From Minisyncoccota bacterium (GTDB lineage: Bacteria; Patescibacteriota; Minisyncoccia; Phycocordibacterales; Phycocordibacteraceae), in NCBI GenBank assembly GCA_022842945.1, contig JALHOO010000002.1, positions 103,180-167,179 of the forward strand: 64,000 nucleotides of DNA. The letters run 5' to 3'. This document shows positions 9,180 through 18,003 of the stretch, one piece after another. A program made the translations under genes and the position numbers. The notes beneath the pieces are model-generated. The model was not told the origin of the DNA and did no database searches. It worked only from the letters and a program-made list of their open reading frames with translations. The stretch's first letter is position 1. Every line of letters starts with the position of its first letter.

Positions 9180-10571
9180 ATGTTGGACCTAAAAACAATC
9201 AATTCAGTGCTCGGGGAGTTCGAGGAGCGCGGCATCACCAAGGAAACCATGGTGGATGCTATCGAGCAGGCTATGGCAACTGCCTATAAGAAGGAGTACG
9301 GAAAGCGTGGCCAGGTAGTACGCGGCATGCTTGATATGAACTCAGGCACCGTTTCCTTTGAGCAGGTTAAGACTATCGTTGACGAGACGATGGTGCGCTT
9401 CCCTGAGGAAGGCGAGGAAGTTGCTGAGCTCCCCGCACACCACCCGCACTTCGACCGCGAGGAAGAAGTAGTCGAGGGCGAACTCCCTCGCTACGACGCT
9501 GAAAAGCACATCCTTCTAGAGGACGCGAAGCGCATTAAGCGCACCGCGGAGCTTGGCGAAGAGATTATCTTCCCTCTTGAGCCTCAGGACGACTTTGGCC
9601 GCATTGCTGCACAGACCGCAAAGCAGGTGGTTATCCAGAAGATCCGTGAGGCAGAGAAGCTTTCTATCCTCGACGAGTTCGGACACAAGAAGGGCGAGAT
9701 TGTTACAGGTATTGTGCAGCGCGCAGAGCGCGGAGCAATCTTCGTAGACCTTGGTCGCGCCACCGGTATTATTCCCTACGAGGAGCAAATTCCTGGAGAG
9801 CGCTACCGTCCAGGAGAGCGCATTAGCGCATACCTCTACGCCGTTGATGAAGGATTCCGTGGCGTATACCTTCGCCTTTCTCGTAGCCACCCACGCTTCC
9901 TCACCCGTCTATTCGAAATGGAGGTTCCGGAGCTTGCTGCGGGTTCTATTGAAATCAAGGGTCTCGCGCGCGAGCCAGGAAGCCGCACCAAGATTGCTAT
10001 CGCTTCGAACGATCCGCACGTAGACCCAGTTGGCTCACTCGTTGGCCAGCGCGGTGTTCGTGTATCTACCGTTATGGCAGCACTCGGTGGCGAGCGCATC
10101 GACATCATCGAATGGTCTGAGGACCAGGCTGCTTATATCAAGGAGTCTCTTTCTCCAGCAACTATCGTTAGCGTAGAGCTCGACGAGGAAGGACATCGTG
10201 CGAGTGTCACCGTTACCGAAGACCAGCAGTCACTCGCTATTGGTCGCGGCGGACAGAACGTGCGCCTTGCGGCAAAGCTCACCGGCTGGAACATCGACAT
10301 CATGGCCGTTGGCGGCGAGAACGTCGCTGAGAGCGAAGTTCCCGAGGAGAAGTCTGAGGACGTAGTGTCTGACGAGTCCGTTGCTGCTCTTGAGAACGCT
10401 GAGGACATGGACCCAGCCGTTGCTGCGGGTATTGACCCTACAGAGACGGGGTCTGTTGTCTCCGAAGACGATACCTCAGACAGCACCCTTACCGTTGAAG
10501 ACGAGACCGCTTTTGACGACAACGGTCCTGTCGCAGATGCTGAAGAAGCGCGCGACGAGTCTGCAGCATAG
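9180..10571 (+). CDS. nusA: transcription termination/antitermination factor NusA with acidic C-terminal tail
   Basis: N-terminal domain, S1 domain (GEIVTGIVQRAERGAIFVDLG) and two KH domains, followed by a D/E-rich tail. Confidence 0.9.
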   Translation: MLDLKTINSVLGEFEERGITKETMVDAIEQAMATAYKKEYGKRGQVVRGMLDMNSGTVSFEQVKTIVDETMVRFPEEGEEVAELPAHHPHFDREEEVVEGELPRYDAEKHILLEDAKRIKRTAELGEEIIFPLEPQDDFGRIAAQTAKQVVIQKIREAEKLSILDEFGHKKGEIVTGIVQRAERGAIFVDLGRATGIIPYEEQIPGERYRPGERISAYLYAVDEGFRGVYLRLSRSHPRFLTRLFEMEVPELAAGSIEIKGLAREPGSRTKIAIASNDPHVDPVGSLVGQRGVRVSTVMAALGGERIDIIEWSEDQAAYIKESLSPATIVSVELDEEGHRASVTVTEDQQSLAIGRGGQNVRLAAKLTGWNIDIMAVGGENVAESEVPEEKSEDVVSDESVAALENAEDMDPAVAAGIDPTETGSVVSEDDTSDSTLTVEDETAFDDNGPVADAEEARDESAA

Positions 10572-10583
10572 TACCCTGTACAC

Positions 10584-11105
10584 ATGAACCTTCTTCACGA
10601 CATTGCTCCGGGCACGAAGGACGAGATGAATGTCATCATCGAGATTCCTCGCGGCTCGCACAACAAGTATGAGATTGATAAGGAGACCGGCATCATCGCG
10701 CTTGATCGTGTGCTGCACACTGCACAGACCTATCCGTTTGACTACGGATTCGTGCCGCAGACGCTCTGGGATGATGGGGACGCACTTGATGTAGTGCTTC
10801 TCACTACCAACCCTCTTCTTCCAGGTATCTTGGTTCGCGCACGCCCTATCGCAACGCTTCCTATGATTGATGGTGGCGACTCGGACGAGAAGATTCTTGC
10901 CGTTCCCATAGCCGATCCTCGCTTCGCTGATGTGAAGGACTTAAGCGATGTGAACAAGCACACCCTTAAGGAAATCGCGCACTTCTTCGAAACCTACAAG
11001 AAGATTCAGGACAAGGAAGTGTCTCTTGGTGCCTGGGCTGACAAAGCAGCAGCTCAAGCAGCATTTGAGCGCTCCGTTGGACTCTACGCACAGAAGAACG
11101 CGTAA
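10584..11105 (+). CDS. ppa: inorganic pyrophosphatase
   Basis: NVIIEIPRGSHNKYEIDKETG...DDGDALDVVLL matches family I soluble pyrophosphatase. Confidence 0.9.
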   Translation: MNLLHDIAPGTKDEMNVIIEIPRGSHNKYEIDKETGIIALDRVLHTAQTYPFDYGFVPQTLWDDGDALDVVLLTTNPLLPGILVRARPIATLPMIDGGDSDEKILAVPIADPRFADVKDLSDVNKHTLKEIAHFFETYKKIQDKEVSLGAWADKAAAQAAFERSVGLYAQKNA

Positions 11106-11226
11106 GAAACTCTCTTGGAATACAGCCGGCTTCATAGAGAAGCCGGCTGTATTCGTATCCCCACCCCGTACTCTGCCTCTCCCCCCTTCGCCTATACTTA
11201 ACCTTAGTTACCCTAATCAATCACCT

Positions 11227-11499
11227 ATGGAACAAGCACCTGACCAGAACACCAACACCACCCCTCCCCCAGCAATGCCGCCTGTTGCAGAGGAAGCAAA
11301 GGGTCCCGCATACGGCTCCATCCTCGGTATCATCCTCATCGTGGCTATTCTTGTCGCGGGAGCGTTCTATGTGTGGAACGAGCGCATCAACATGGACACG
11401 AACACAGTTGAGGGTGAAGTGCTTCCAGACGGTTCCATGCCAACGGTTGAGGGTGCTGCTGACGTAGAGGAGGGTCCAAACGGCCCGATGCCAATCTAA
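11227..11499 (+). CDS. small Pro-rich single-pass membrane protein, hypothetical
   Basis: Track ORF 11026..11499 overlaps ppa. Trimmed to the ATG after the ppa stop. One TM helix, GSILGIILIVAILVAGAFYVW. Confidence 0.3.
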   Translation: MEQAPDQNTNTTPPPAMPPVAEEAKGPAYGSILGIILIVAILVAGAFYVWNERINMDTNTVEGEVLPDGSMPTVEGAADVEEGPNGPMPI

Positions 11500-11513
11500 T
11501 ACGCGCATCATAA

Positions 11514-11543
11514 GAAAACGCCCCACCTACATGGGGCGTTTTC
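11514..11543 (+). terminator. intrinsic terminator hairpin
   Basis: aaaacgcccc...ggggcgtttt stem-loop followed by a T-tract. Confidence 0.5.
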
Positions 11544-11578
11544 TCTTATCCGTCGAGCTTTGGTAATATGACCAGACT

Positions 11579-12187
11579 ATGGAATACAAAAATACTAATC
11601 CCCGTGCAATGCTCGTGCCGATGGTTGTAGAGAAGTCGCAGTTCGGCGAGCGTGGCTACGATATCTACTCCCGCCTCTTGAAGGACCGCATCGTCTTCCT
11701 TGGTGGCGGCATCGATGACGATATGGCGAACCTCATCATCGCCCAGCTCCTCTTTCTTGAGTCTGAGGACCCGAAGAAGGACATTTCGCTCTATGTGAAC
11801 TCTCCCGGTGGCTCCGTTACAGCAGGTCTCGCCATTCTCGACACCATGAACCATGTGAAGCCAGACGTCTCTACGGTTGTGGTTGGTATGGCGGCAAGTG
11901 CAGCTGCGGTTATTCTCGCAGCAGGCGCCAAGGGAAAGCGCTTCGCGCTTCCGAATGCTGAGGTTATGATCCACCAGCCATGGGGCGGAGCTCAGGGCCA
12001 GGCAGCTGACATTGAGATTACAGCCAAGCACATCCTCCTTACCCGCGATCGTTTGAACAAGATTCTTGCGAAGAGCACCGGACAGCCTCTCTCAAAGATT
12101 GAGAAGGACGTTGATCGCGACTACTTTATGATGGCGGAAGATGCGAAGAAGTACGGACTTGTAGACCAAGTGTACAAGAGCAAGTAG
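11579..12187 (+). CDS. clpP: ATP-dependent Clp protease proteolytic subunit
   Basis: [19 protein letters not shown]...MIHQPWGG: Ser/His/Asp catalytic-triad context typical of ClpP. Confidence 0.95.
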   Translation: MEYKNTNPRAMLVPMVVEKSQFGERGYDIYSRLLKDRIVFLGGGIDDDMANLIIAQLLFLESEDPKKDISLYVNSPGGSVTAGLAILDTMNHVKPDVSTVVVGMAASAAAVILAAGAKGKRFALPNAEVMIHQPWGGAQGQAADIEITAKHILLTRDRLNKILAKSTGQPLSKIEKDVDRDYFMMAEDAKKYGLVDQVYKSK

Positions 12188-12202
12188 ATTCAATTTCAAT
12201 CA

Positions 12203-12233
12203 AACAGCCGCTCTCTCTGAGAGCGGCTGTTTG
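12203..12233 (+). terminator. intrinsic terminator hairpin after clpP
   Basis: aaacagccgctctc tctg agagcggctgttt, a perfect stem followed by a T-tract. Confidence 0.6.
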
Positions 12234-12372
12234 ATTTGCGAAACCCCAAAAAAGTGTTATTTTATAAGGGTTCTGGGGAATTCTGCTTTACAGAAACGGC
12301 TGAAATACTGCGTTCCCGAACCTAATTTGCTTGCAAACCCTTCGCGTACGCGCGAAGGACCCATCCACCGGT

Positions 12373-13902
12373 ATGTCCATAAAGATAATATTGAGCCTTT
12401 TGGCGCTTTCCGGCCTCGCCGGTATTGCGCTTGGGTACGTGCTTCGCCTCTTAATTGCACTCGGCCAGCGCGGGTCGCTTGAGATAGAGGTTAAGCAAAA
12501 GATGCTCGAAACCAAGGAGCGCGCGAACCGCGTCCTTGAGGACGCTGAGGACCGTGCCCGCAAGCTTGAAGAAGAGCGTGCCCTTCCCCTGAAGGAACAA
12601 GAGGAGAAGATAGCAAAGCTAACAGAGCGCATCAACAAGCGCGAGGAGTTTCTTGATGAGCGTGAGCGAGCGCTCGCCATTGACCTTGAGGAGGTTAAGA
12701 ACCGCGAGAACGAAGTAGCGAACCTGAAGCGTGACGCAGAGAAACTTCGTGACGAGCGCAGACAGGAACTGGTGCGCGTGGGACGTCTCTCAGAGAAGGA
12801 TGCGAAAACCGCCCTTCTCAAAGACCTTGAGGACAGCCACGAGGAGAGTGTGCTTGCACGCCTCCAGAAGCTTGCCGCAAATGGCCGCGAACAACTTGAA
12901 GAGAAGAGTCGTGCCATCCTCCTTGCAACCGTACATCGCATGGCAGGGGCCGTTAACAGCGAGGTTATGACGCTTTCCGTTACGATTCCTTCTGAAGAGG
13001 TTAAGGGAAAGATTATCGGCAAAGAAGGACGTAACATTAAGGCCTTTGAGCGCGCTACCGGTGTCGACGTTATTATCGACGACGCTCCGGACAAGATAAC
13101 GCTCTCATCGTTCGATCCCCTTCGCCGCCACATCGCAAAGCTCGCGCTTGAGAGTCTTATAGAGGATGGCCGTATACAGCCCGCAAAGATTGAAGAGGCA
13201 GTTGAGAAGGCAAAGGCTGAAGTTGCTGAGGCAGTTAAACAAAAGGGTGAGCAGGCGGCATACGAGGTTGGTGTTATAGGCCTCGATCCACGTCTTGTAG
13301 CACTCCTTGGACGTCTGCACTTCCGCACCAGCTACGGACAGAATGTCCTCCAGCATTCAATTGAAATGGCACACATCGCAGGCATGCTCGCGTCTGAGCT
13401 GGGTGCTGACAGTGACGTCGCAAAAGCTGGCGCACTCCTTCATGACATCGGAAAGGCTGTTGATCACGAAGTTGAAGGCACGCATGTAGAAATTGGACGC
13501 CGCATCCTCGAGAAATTCGGCGTTGCAAAGCCGGTTATTCAGGCCATGCAGTCGCACCATGAGGAGTATCCGTATGAAACACCGGAATCTATGATCGTGC
13601 AGGCGGCAGATGCCCTCTCCGCAGGGCGCCCTGGAGCTCGTAGAGACACCGTAGAGCGCTATCTAGAGCGCCTTACGGACCTGGAGCGCATTGCGCGGGG
13701 ATATGAAGGCGTTGAGAAGGTATACGCTATCTCTGCAGGGCGTGAAATAAGGATATTCGTGAACCCAGGCAAGGTCTCAGACCTGGCGATGCACAGAATG
13801 GCACGTGATATTGCTGAGCGCGTACAGCAGGAACTCAAGTATCCAGGCGAAATCAAGGTTAACGTGATTCGGGAGAACAGAGTGGTTGAGTTTGCGCGCT
13901 AA
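12373..13902 (+). CDS. rny: ribonuclease Y
   Basis: N-terminal TM helix, coiled coil, KH domain and HD domain (LLHDIGKAVDHEVEGTHVEIG). Track start 12331 trimmed to MSIKIILSLL. Confidence 0.9.
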   Translation: MSIKIILSLLALSGLAGIALGYVLRLLIALGQRGSLEIEVKQKMLETKERANRVLEDAEDRARKLEEERALPLKEQEEKIAKLTERINKREEFLDERERALAIDLEEVKNRENEVANLKRDAEKLRDERRQELVRVGRLSEKDAKTALLKDLEDSHEESVLARLQKLAANGREQLEEKSRAILLATVHRMAGAVNSEVMTLSVTIPSEEVKGKIIGKEGRNIKAFERATGVDVIIDDAPDKITLSSFDPLRRHIAKLALESLIEDGRIQPAKIEEAVEKAKAEVAEAVKQKGEQAAYEVGVIGLDPRLVALLGRLHFRTSYGQNVLQHSIEMAHIAGMLASELGADSDVAKAGALLHDIGKAVDHEVEGTHVEIGRRILEKFGVAKPVIQAMQSHHEEYPYETPESMIVQAADALSAGRPGARRDTVERYLERLTDLERIARGYEGVEKVYAISAGREIRIFVNPGKVSDLAMHRMARDIAERVQQELKYPGEIKVNVIRENRVVEFAR

Positions 13903-14071
13903 TTGATCCCTTGTGAAATCCGCTATTTCTCACGAAATAGCGGATTTTGCATTATCCCCCGGATTTTTCAAGCCCTATTGCACAATATGGCTCATTTCCT
14001 ATACTTCTCAGGTAGCCCTTTTGTAGGGCTTTACAAAAAAGCCCTACCAGGGAATAACCCTCATTACGTAC

Positions 14072-14344
14072 ATGAACAAAGCAGACATCGCAGTAAAGGT
14101 GCAGGAGGTGCTCGGCGGAACAAAGGCTGACGCAGAGCGCGCAGTTGAAACTGTTATTGCAAGCATCACTGATGGCCTTAAGAGCGGCGACGAAGTTTCG
14201 ATCGCAGGTCTTGGTATCTTCAGCGCGAAGGCTCGTCCTGCGCGCACCGGACGCAATCCACGCACCGGCGAGACCATCAAGATTGCCGCAACGCGCACAC
14301 CAAAGTTCCGTGCAGCAAAGGCACTCAAGGACGCGGTTAAGTAG
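14072..14344 (+). CDS. hup: DNA-binding protein HU
   Basis: 90 aa; ...GLGIFSAKARPARTGRNPRTGETIKI... is the HU/IHF arm motif. Confidence 0.9.
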   Translation: MNKADIAVKVQEVLGGTKADAERAVETVIASITDGLKSGDEVSIAGLGIFSAKARPARTGRNPRTGETIKIAATRTPKFRAAKALKDAVK

Positions 14345-14357
14345 ATAAACGTTTGTT

Positions 14358-14392
14358 ACAGAAAGGCCCCGCTTGTGCGGGGCCTTTCTCTT
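14358..14392. terminator. bidirectional intrinsic terminator
   Basis: aaaggccccgcttgtgcggggcctttctctttt sits between convergent hup (+) and the acidic-repeat gene (-). Confidence 0.6.
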
Positions 14393-14409
14393 TTCTGTTC
14401 TCTGTAGAA

Positions 14410-15615
14410 CTATAGGGCGTCAACTGCCTCTTCAGCGAGATCCATTGCCTCTTCAGCGTAGTCTATGGCGTCGTCATAGTCTTCGTCGTCGAAGGCGTCT
14501 TCTGCGTCGTTAAGTGCGTCCTCAGCCTCATCGAGAAGATCTTCTGCTTTGTTAATCTTCGAGCTTGAGCTATTGGAGTCATCAATTTCATCGCGCGCAT
14601 CGTCAATTGCATCCTTTGCGTCATCAATGGCGTCTTCTGCATCGTCCTCATCTCCTCCACTTGAGTTGCGTGAGTCAATCTCGTCGAGCGCTTCGTCAAT
14701 GAGGTCCATTGCCTCTTCTGCATACTCTATGGCGTCTTTATAGTCACCGTCATCAAATGCATCCTCTGCATCCTTAATGAGGTCGTCAGCCTCGTCGAGA
14801 AGGTCCTCTGCCTTGTCGGTATCCTCACCGTCATCATAGGCTTCATCTACCTCATCCTTGGCATCATCAAGTGCATCGTTCGCGTCGTCGATGAGGTCTT
14901 CAGCATCCGCTTCCGACTCCTTGCTTCCAACTCCCTCGATCTCATCAAGTGCTTCGTTAACAAGATCCTCTGCTTCCTCAGCAAGATCAAGTGCCTCGCT
15001 GTAGTCTTTGTCAACGAACGCGTAGAGCGCTTCAGTGAGTACGTCGTCAGCTTCAGCAAGAAGTGTCTTAGAGCTTCCTAGATTGTTGCCGTCATCTTTC
15101 GCGTCGTCGTAGTCGTCCTGAGCATCCTCATGTGCATCACGCGCATCGAGTATGGCGTTGCGCGCTGAATTCTCCTGTGTGGAACTCGGCTGTGGAGACG
15201 GAATAACTGGCGTCGTTGGCTGTGGGACTGGTGTTGTGGGTGCCGGTGCTGGAGTTGACGACGTAAGTACGATGTACTTCGCGCGTGAGAGTGGACCGAA
15301 CGTGCCCGTGGCAGGACTAATGCCATTTGCGGCCTGCCACTTCTGTACGGCAGCAACGGTCTTCGTCTGGTACTGATTTGTCTCGAAGCCTTTCGACCCC
15401 ACGCCAGACGCAGAAACAGTGAACCCGTTTGCATTCAGATACCGCTGAAGACAACGGACTGCTTCGGTCTCAACGCCGAGCTCAAGATTGCTTGTAAACG
15501 TACAGGTCGCGGCGCGAGCATTGCTTGGAAGAAGGAGCACGCTTCCTGCGAACGCTATGGCGAATGCAAAAAATAGTGCGCCGCTTCTTTGTAGTGTCTG
15601 GGTATTCATACGCAT
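14410..15615 (-). CDS. secreted protein: N-terminal peptidoglycan-binding-like domain, Pro/Thr linker, about three acidic 65-aa helical repeats
   Basis: Signal peptide; PG_binding_1-like LQRYLNANGF...TVAAVQKWQAANGI; TPAPAPTTPVPQPTTPV linker. Then repeated KAEDLLDEADDLIKDAEDAFDDGDYKDAIEYAEEAMDLIDEALDEID units. Confidence 0.6.
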   Translation of the reverse strand: MRMNTQTLQRSGALFFAFAIAFAGSVLLLPSNARAATCTFTSNLELGVETEAVRCLQRYLNANGFTVSASGVGSKGFETNQYQTKTVAAVQKWQAANGISPATGTFGPLSRAKYIVLTSSTPAPAPTTPVPQPTTPVIPSPQPSSTQENSARNAILDARDAHEDAQDDYDDAKDDGNNLGSSKTLLAEADDVLTEALYAFVDKDYSEALDLAEEAEDLVNEALDEIEGVGSKESEADAEDLIDDANDALDDAKDEVDEAYDDGEDTDKAEDLLDEADDLIKDAEDAFDDGDYKDAIEYAEEAMDLIDEALDEIDSRNSSGGDEDDAEDAIDDAKDAIDDARDEIDDSNSSSSKINKAEDLLDEAEDALNDAEDAFDDEDYDDAIDYAEEAMDLAEEAVDAL

Positions 15616-15734
15616 AATGATCAACTCATAATCGTTCCGAACTCGCACGCAAAGGTGCGACGGATATACAGTAAAGATAGCACGCGCCCATCTGGCGAAT
15701 GCGTGACGATACTCTACAGAACACTCTTAGGTAG

Positions 15735-15805
15735 TGCGGGATAGGAGAATCGGACTCCTGCTCTCAGTTTGGAAAACTGATGTTCTACCATTAAACTAAT
15801 CCCGC
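15735..15805 (-). tRNA. tRNA-Gly (anticodon TCC)
   Basis: Manual fold: acceptor GCGGGAT/ATCCCGC, D-arm GTTT..GAAC, anticodon loop TTTCCAA, T-arm AGGAG TCCGATT CTCCT. No encoded CCA. Confidence 0.7.
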
Positions 15806-15876
15806 TTCGGATTCGAGAATACCACATTCTCTATACTCTTCTACAGATGCCATCTGTGCATCCTGTCAAAAACAAA

Positions 15877-15950
15877 GTCGGGGTGCGGAGAATTGAACTC
15901 CGTCTACTTGTTCCCAAAACAAGCGTACTACCGGTATACGACACCCCGAC
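15877..15950 (-). tRNA. tRNA-Pro (anticodon TGG), approximate ends
   Basis: Anticodon stem CTTGT/ACAAG with loop TTTGGGA (G37). T-arm CGGAG TTCAATT CTCCG. Acceptor pairing CGGGGTG/CACCCCG. D-arm assignment is ambiguous by hand. Confidence 0.6.
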
Positions 15951-16309
15951 TTTGCTTTCGACTCACACAGACACCTTCTGGCGGCCGGGAGAGTCTCTCA
16001 CGAATCTCCTGTCTTCGCTATCCTAACAGATTTATAGGATTTGGGCAGATACCCTAGAAAATAGTGGCCGCTACTGAGGTAGTCTTCCCCATTATTCACA
16101 CCCAGATATCCAAGACGTGTCGGATAACGACGTGTCCTTGGGGATAGAAAGTCTTATATACGACTTTAAGGAAAACGTTATGTAATAAGGCTATATTAGG
16201 GACCGTGAAGATTTCTTCAGAAATGTCCCTTGTCCTTTATCCCCAGTACTAACAGGTTTGTCCACTGGTATCCCTTGACGGCATAATCTAGTCTGATAGA
16301 CTGTCTTTA

Positions 16310-17188
16310 ATGGCAAAAGAAACCAAGTACGGCCTCACTTCTTTAAAGAAGGACTTCCCCACAGATGAATCCTGCCTTGAGTTCGTCTTCGATAACCTAC
16401 ATAGCCGAGAGTGCTCATGCGGTGGTACTTACTCGCTTTTAAAAGGACGTAAGAAGTTCCAGTGCTCAAAGTGTCGCTTTCAGATAGCTCCGGCTGCGGG
16501 GACGATCTTCCATAAATCAGATACCCCTCTTACGCTCTGGTTCCATGCCCTGTGGGTGTTCTCGAACGCCAAGAGTGGAATCAGTGCCAAGGAGATGGAA
16601 CGTCAGCTTGAGGTTACATACAAGACGGCATGGAGAATGCTGAAGCTCATACGAGAAGCCCTCGGAAAGGACTTCACACGCCTTGGCGGGGATGTTGAGA
16701 CGGATAGCGCGTACTTCGGTGGCAAGGGCGACGGCGGGGAGTACAACGTGCGACAGAGCACTGTGATGCGCTCAAAGGCGCTGGTTATTGGGGCTGTGGA
16801 GCGTGGAGGACGGGTGCGGACAAAAGTGGTCGAGAGGAACAGCGCTGTGGAGCATGGGAAGTTCCTAGAAGAGAACGTGGATCCCCTCTTTGGAACCCGC
16901 CTCATGACAGACAGCACCAGCGTGCTCGACAATGCAGCTCGAGGATACGAGCGCTTTATGGTTAATCACTCAAGGAAGGAGTGGGTGCGAGGGGATGTAC
17001 ACATAAACACCATGGAATCTTTCTGGAGCCATGTTAAGCGCTCTATCAAGGGGACGCACAAGGCGGTATCTAAACAGCACTTGCAGGGGTACCTCGACGC
17101 CTTTGCCTTTCAATGGAGCAATTCACGCAACGACAGGCGTCGGTTCGCGGTTTTGCTCGGTACTGTATTACTCGCTTCAAGAGTGTAA
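16310..17188 (+). CDS. IS1595-family (ISXO2-like) transposase
   Basis: N-terminal zinc-ribbon (CSCGG...CSKCR) and DDE_Tnp_IS1595 core, with C-terminal ...NTMESFWSHVKRSIKGTHKAVSKQHLQGYLDAFAFQWSNSRN characteristic of the family. Confidence 0.85.
   Translation: MAKETKYGLTSLKKDFPTDESCLEFVFDNLHSRECSCGGTYSLLKGRKKFQCSKCRFQIAPAAGTIFHKSDTPLTLWFHALWVFSNAKSGISAKEMERQLEVTYKTAWRMLKLIREALGKDFTRLGGDVETDSAYFGGKGDGGEYNVRQSTVMRSKALVIGAVERGGRVRTKVVERNSAVEHGKFLEENVDPLFGTRLMTDSTSVLDNAARGYERFMVNHSRKEWVRGDVHINTMESFWSHVKRSIKGTHKAVSKQHLQGYLDAFAFQWSNSRNDRRRFAVLLGTVLLASRV
16310..17188 (+). mobile_element. IS1595-family insertion sequence; minimum extent given as the transposase ORF, terminal inverted repeats not resolved
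   Basis: Transposase gene sits inside a tRNA cluster between tRNA-Pro and the anomalous tRNA. Inverted repeats could not be assigned by eye. Confidence 0.5.
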
Positions 17189-17232
17189 GAAAAGAAGAAC
17201 GATTCATTGGAGCCATTTTAACATTAAACAAA

Positions 17233-17257
17233 AGCCCCTTTCGGGGCTTTTGCTCGT
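17233..17257 (+). terminator. intrinsic terminator after the transposase gene
   Basis: aaaagcccctttcggggcttttgc. Confidence 0.55.
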
Positions 17258-17427
17258 TTCTAACATCCTTTTGGGAGTAAAGATATGACAGAACCTCCAA
17301 GAAAGACACTAGGACTCTGGCTTTATTGGCCAGCTCGGCTCAAGTGCCGAGGCCTGCTAAGGGCATAGAGAATGGTAGCACAAGCCCCGGCACGGTCAAT
17401 CAAGACCGATGGGGGATAAGTTTCAAG

Positions 17428-17516
17428 CGGAGGCGATGGGGTTCGAACCCATGAGACCCTTAGCAAGCCTTCCGAGTTTGGAGCTCGGTGCATTCGACCA
17501 ACTCTGCCACGCCTCC
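17428..17516 (-). tRNA. class II (long variable arm) tRNA with serine identity elements (G73, G2:C71, A3:U70, C11:G24) but anticodon CCA
   Basis: Manual fold: GGAGGCG TG GCA GAGTTGGTCGAA TGC A CCGAG CTCCAAA CTCGG, a 19-nt variable arm, ATGGG TTCGAAC CCCAT, CGCCTCC G. The scaffold parallels E. coli tRNA-Ser and the bona fide tRNA-Ser(TGA) at 63914-63998. Loop CTCCAAA gives anticodon CCA. Confidence 0.55.
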
Positions 17517-17888
17517 TTCAGATGTACCTAAACATAAAACCACTTCAGAGGCAGGGACTCGTGGATTCCGAACTTACGTTTGGAAACCCACTAGTTTGGA
17601 GACCGTGGAGTTTCCCCCACGAGTGCCCACCTCTTAAGTGGTTTGGCTATCCTTTCGGATTCCCTGCCGTCTTGCGGTCTCCATGCAAGACATATTCGTA
17701 TGTATAGGTACATCATTAACTTACCATGATTCATCTAATCCTCCGTGTGCATAAACCATCACGAAATACCTACAGAAAAATGCAAGTCTAGGACATCATG
17801 CTGTGGGGGGATAGGCATGGGTTTGTCCACAGTTGTCCCCAATGCAAAAGACAGCCTTTTGAGCTGTCTTTTGCATCCTTCTCGCTAG

Positions 17889-17959
17889 TGCGGATAGGGA
17901 GAATCGAACTCCCGACTCGTCCTTGGCAAGGACGCGTTTTACCACTAAACCATATCCGC
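17889..17959 (-). tRNA. tRNA-Gly (anticodon GCC)
   Basis: Acceptor GCGGATA/TATCCGC, D-arm GTTT AGTGGTA AAAC, anticodon loop TTGCCAA, T-arm GGGAG TTCGATT CTCCC. Confidence 0.75.
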
Positions 17960-18003
17960 TACGGGAGGCATCATAGCACAGACTGCGCTGTACTATCCAG
18001 TGT

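Noticed and set aside
12288-13328. 346-aa minus-strand ORF rich in Ser/Arg/Ala
   Set aside because: Completely antisense to rny (RNase Y, with clear KH and HD motifs). A low-complexity shadow ORF.
16060-17300. Attempt to define IS1595 terminal inverted repeats (for example GGGGATAGAAAG near 16143 versus GGGGGATAAG near 17410)
   Set aside because: Similarity is too weak and not in clear inverted orientation, so element boundaries are left undefined.
17519-17720. Possible RNase P RNA, SRP RNA or tmRNA between tRNAs
   Set aside because: Checked by eye for the P4 strands (AGGAAAGUCCGGGCUCC / ACAGAANCCGGCUUA), the SRP helix-8 GGAAGCAGCC motif and tmRNA tRNA-like ends. None is present convincingly. 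Kept only as an unclassified candidate ncRNA.
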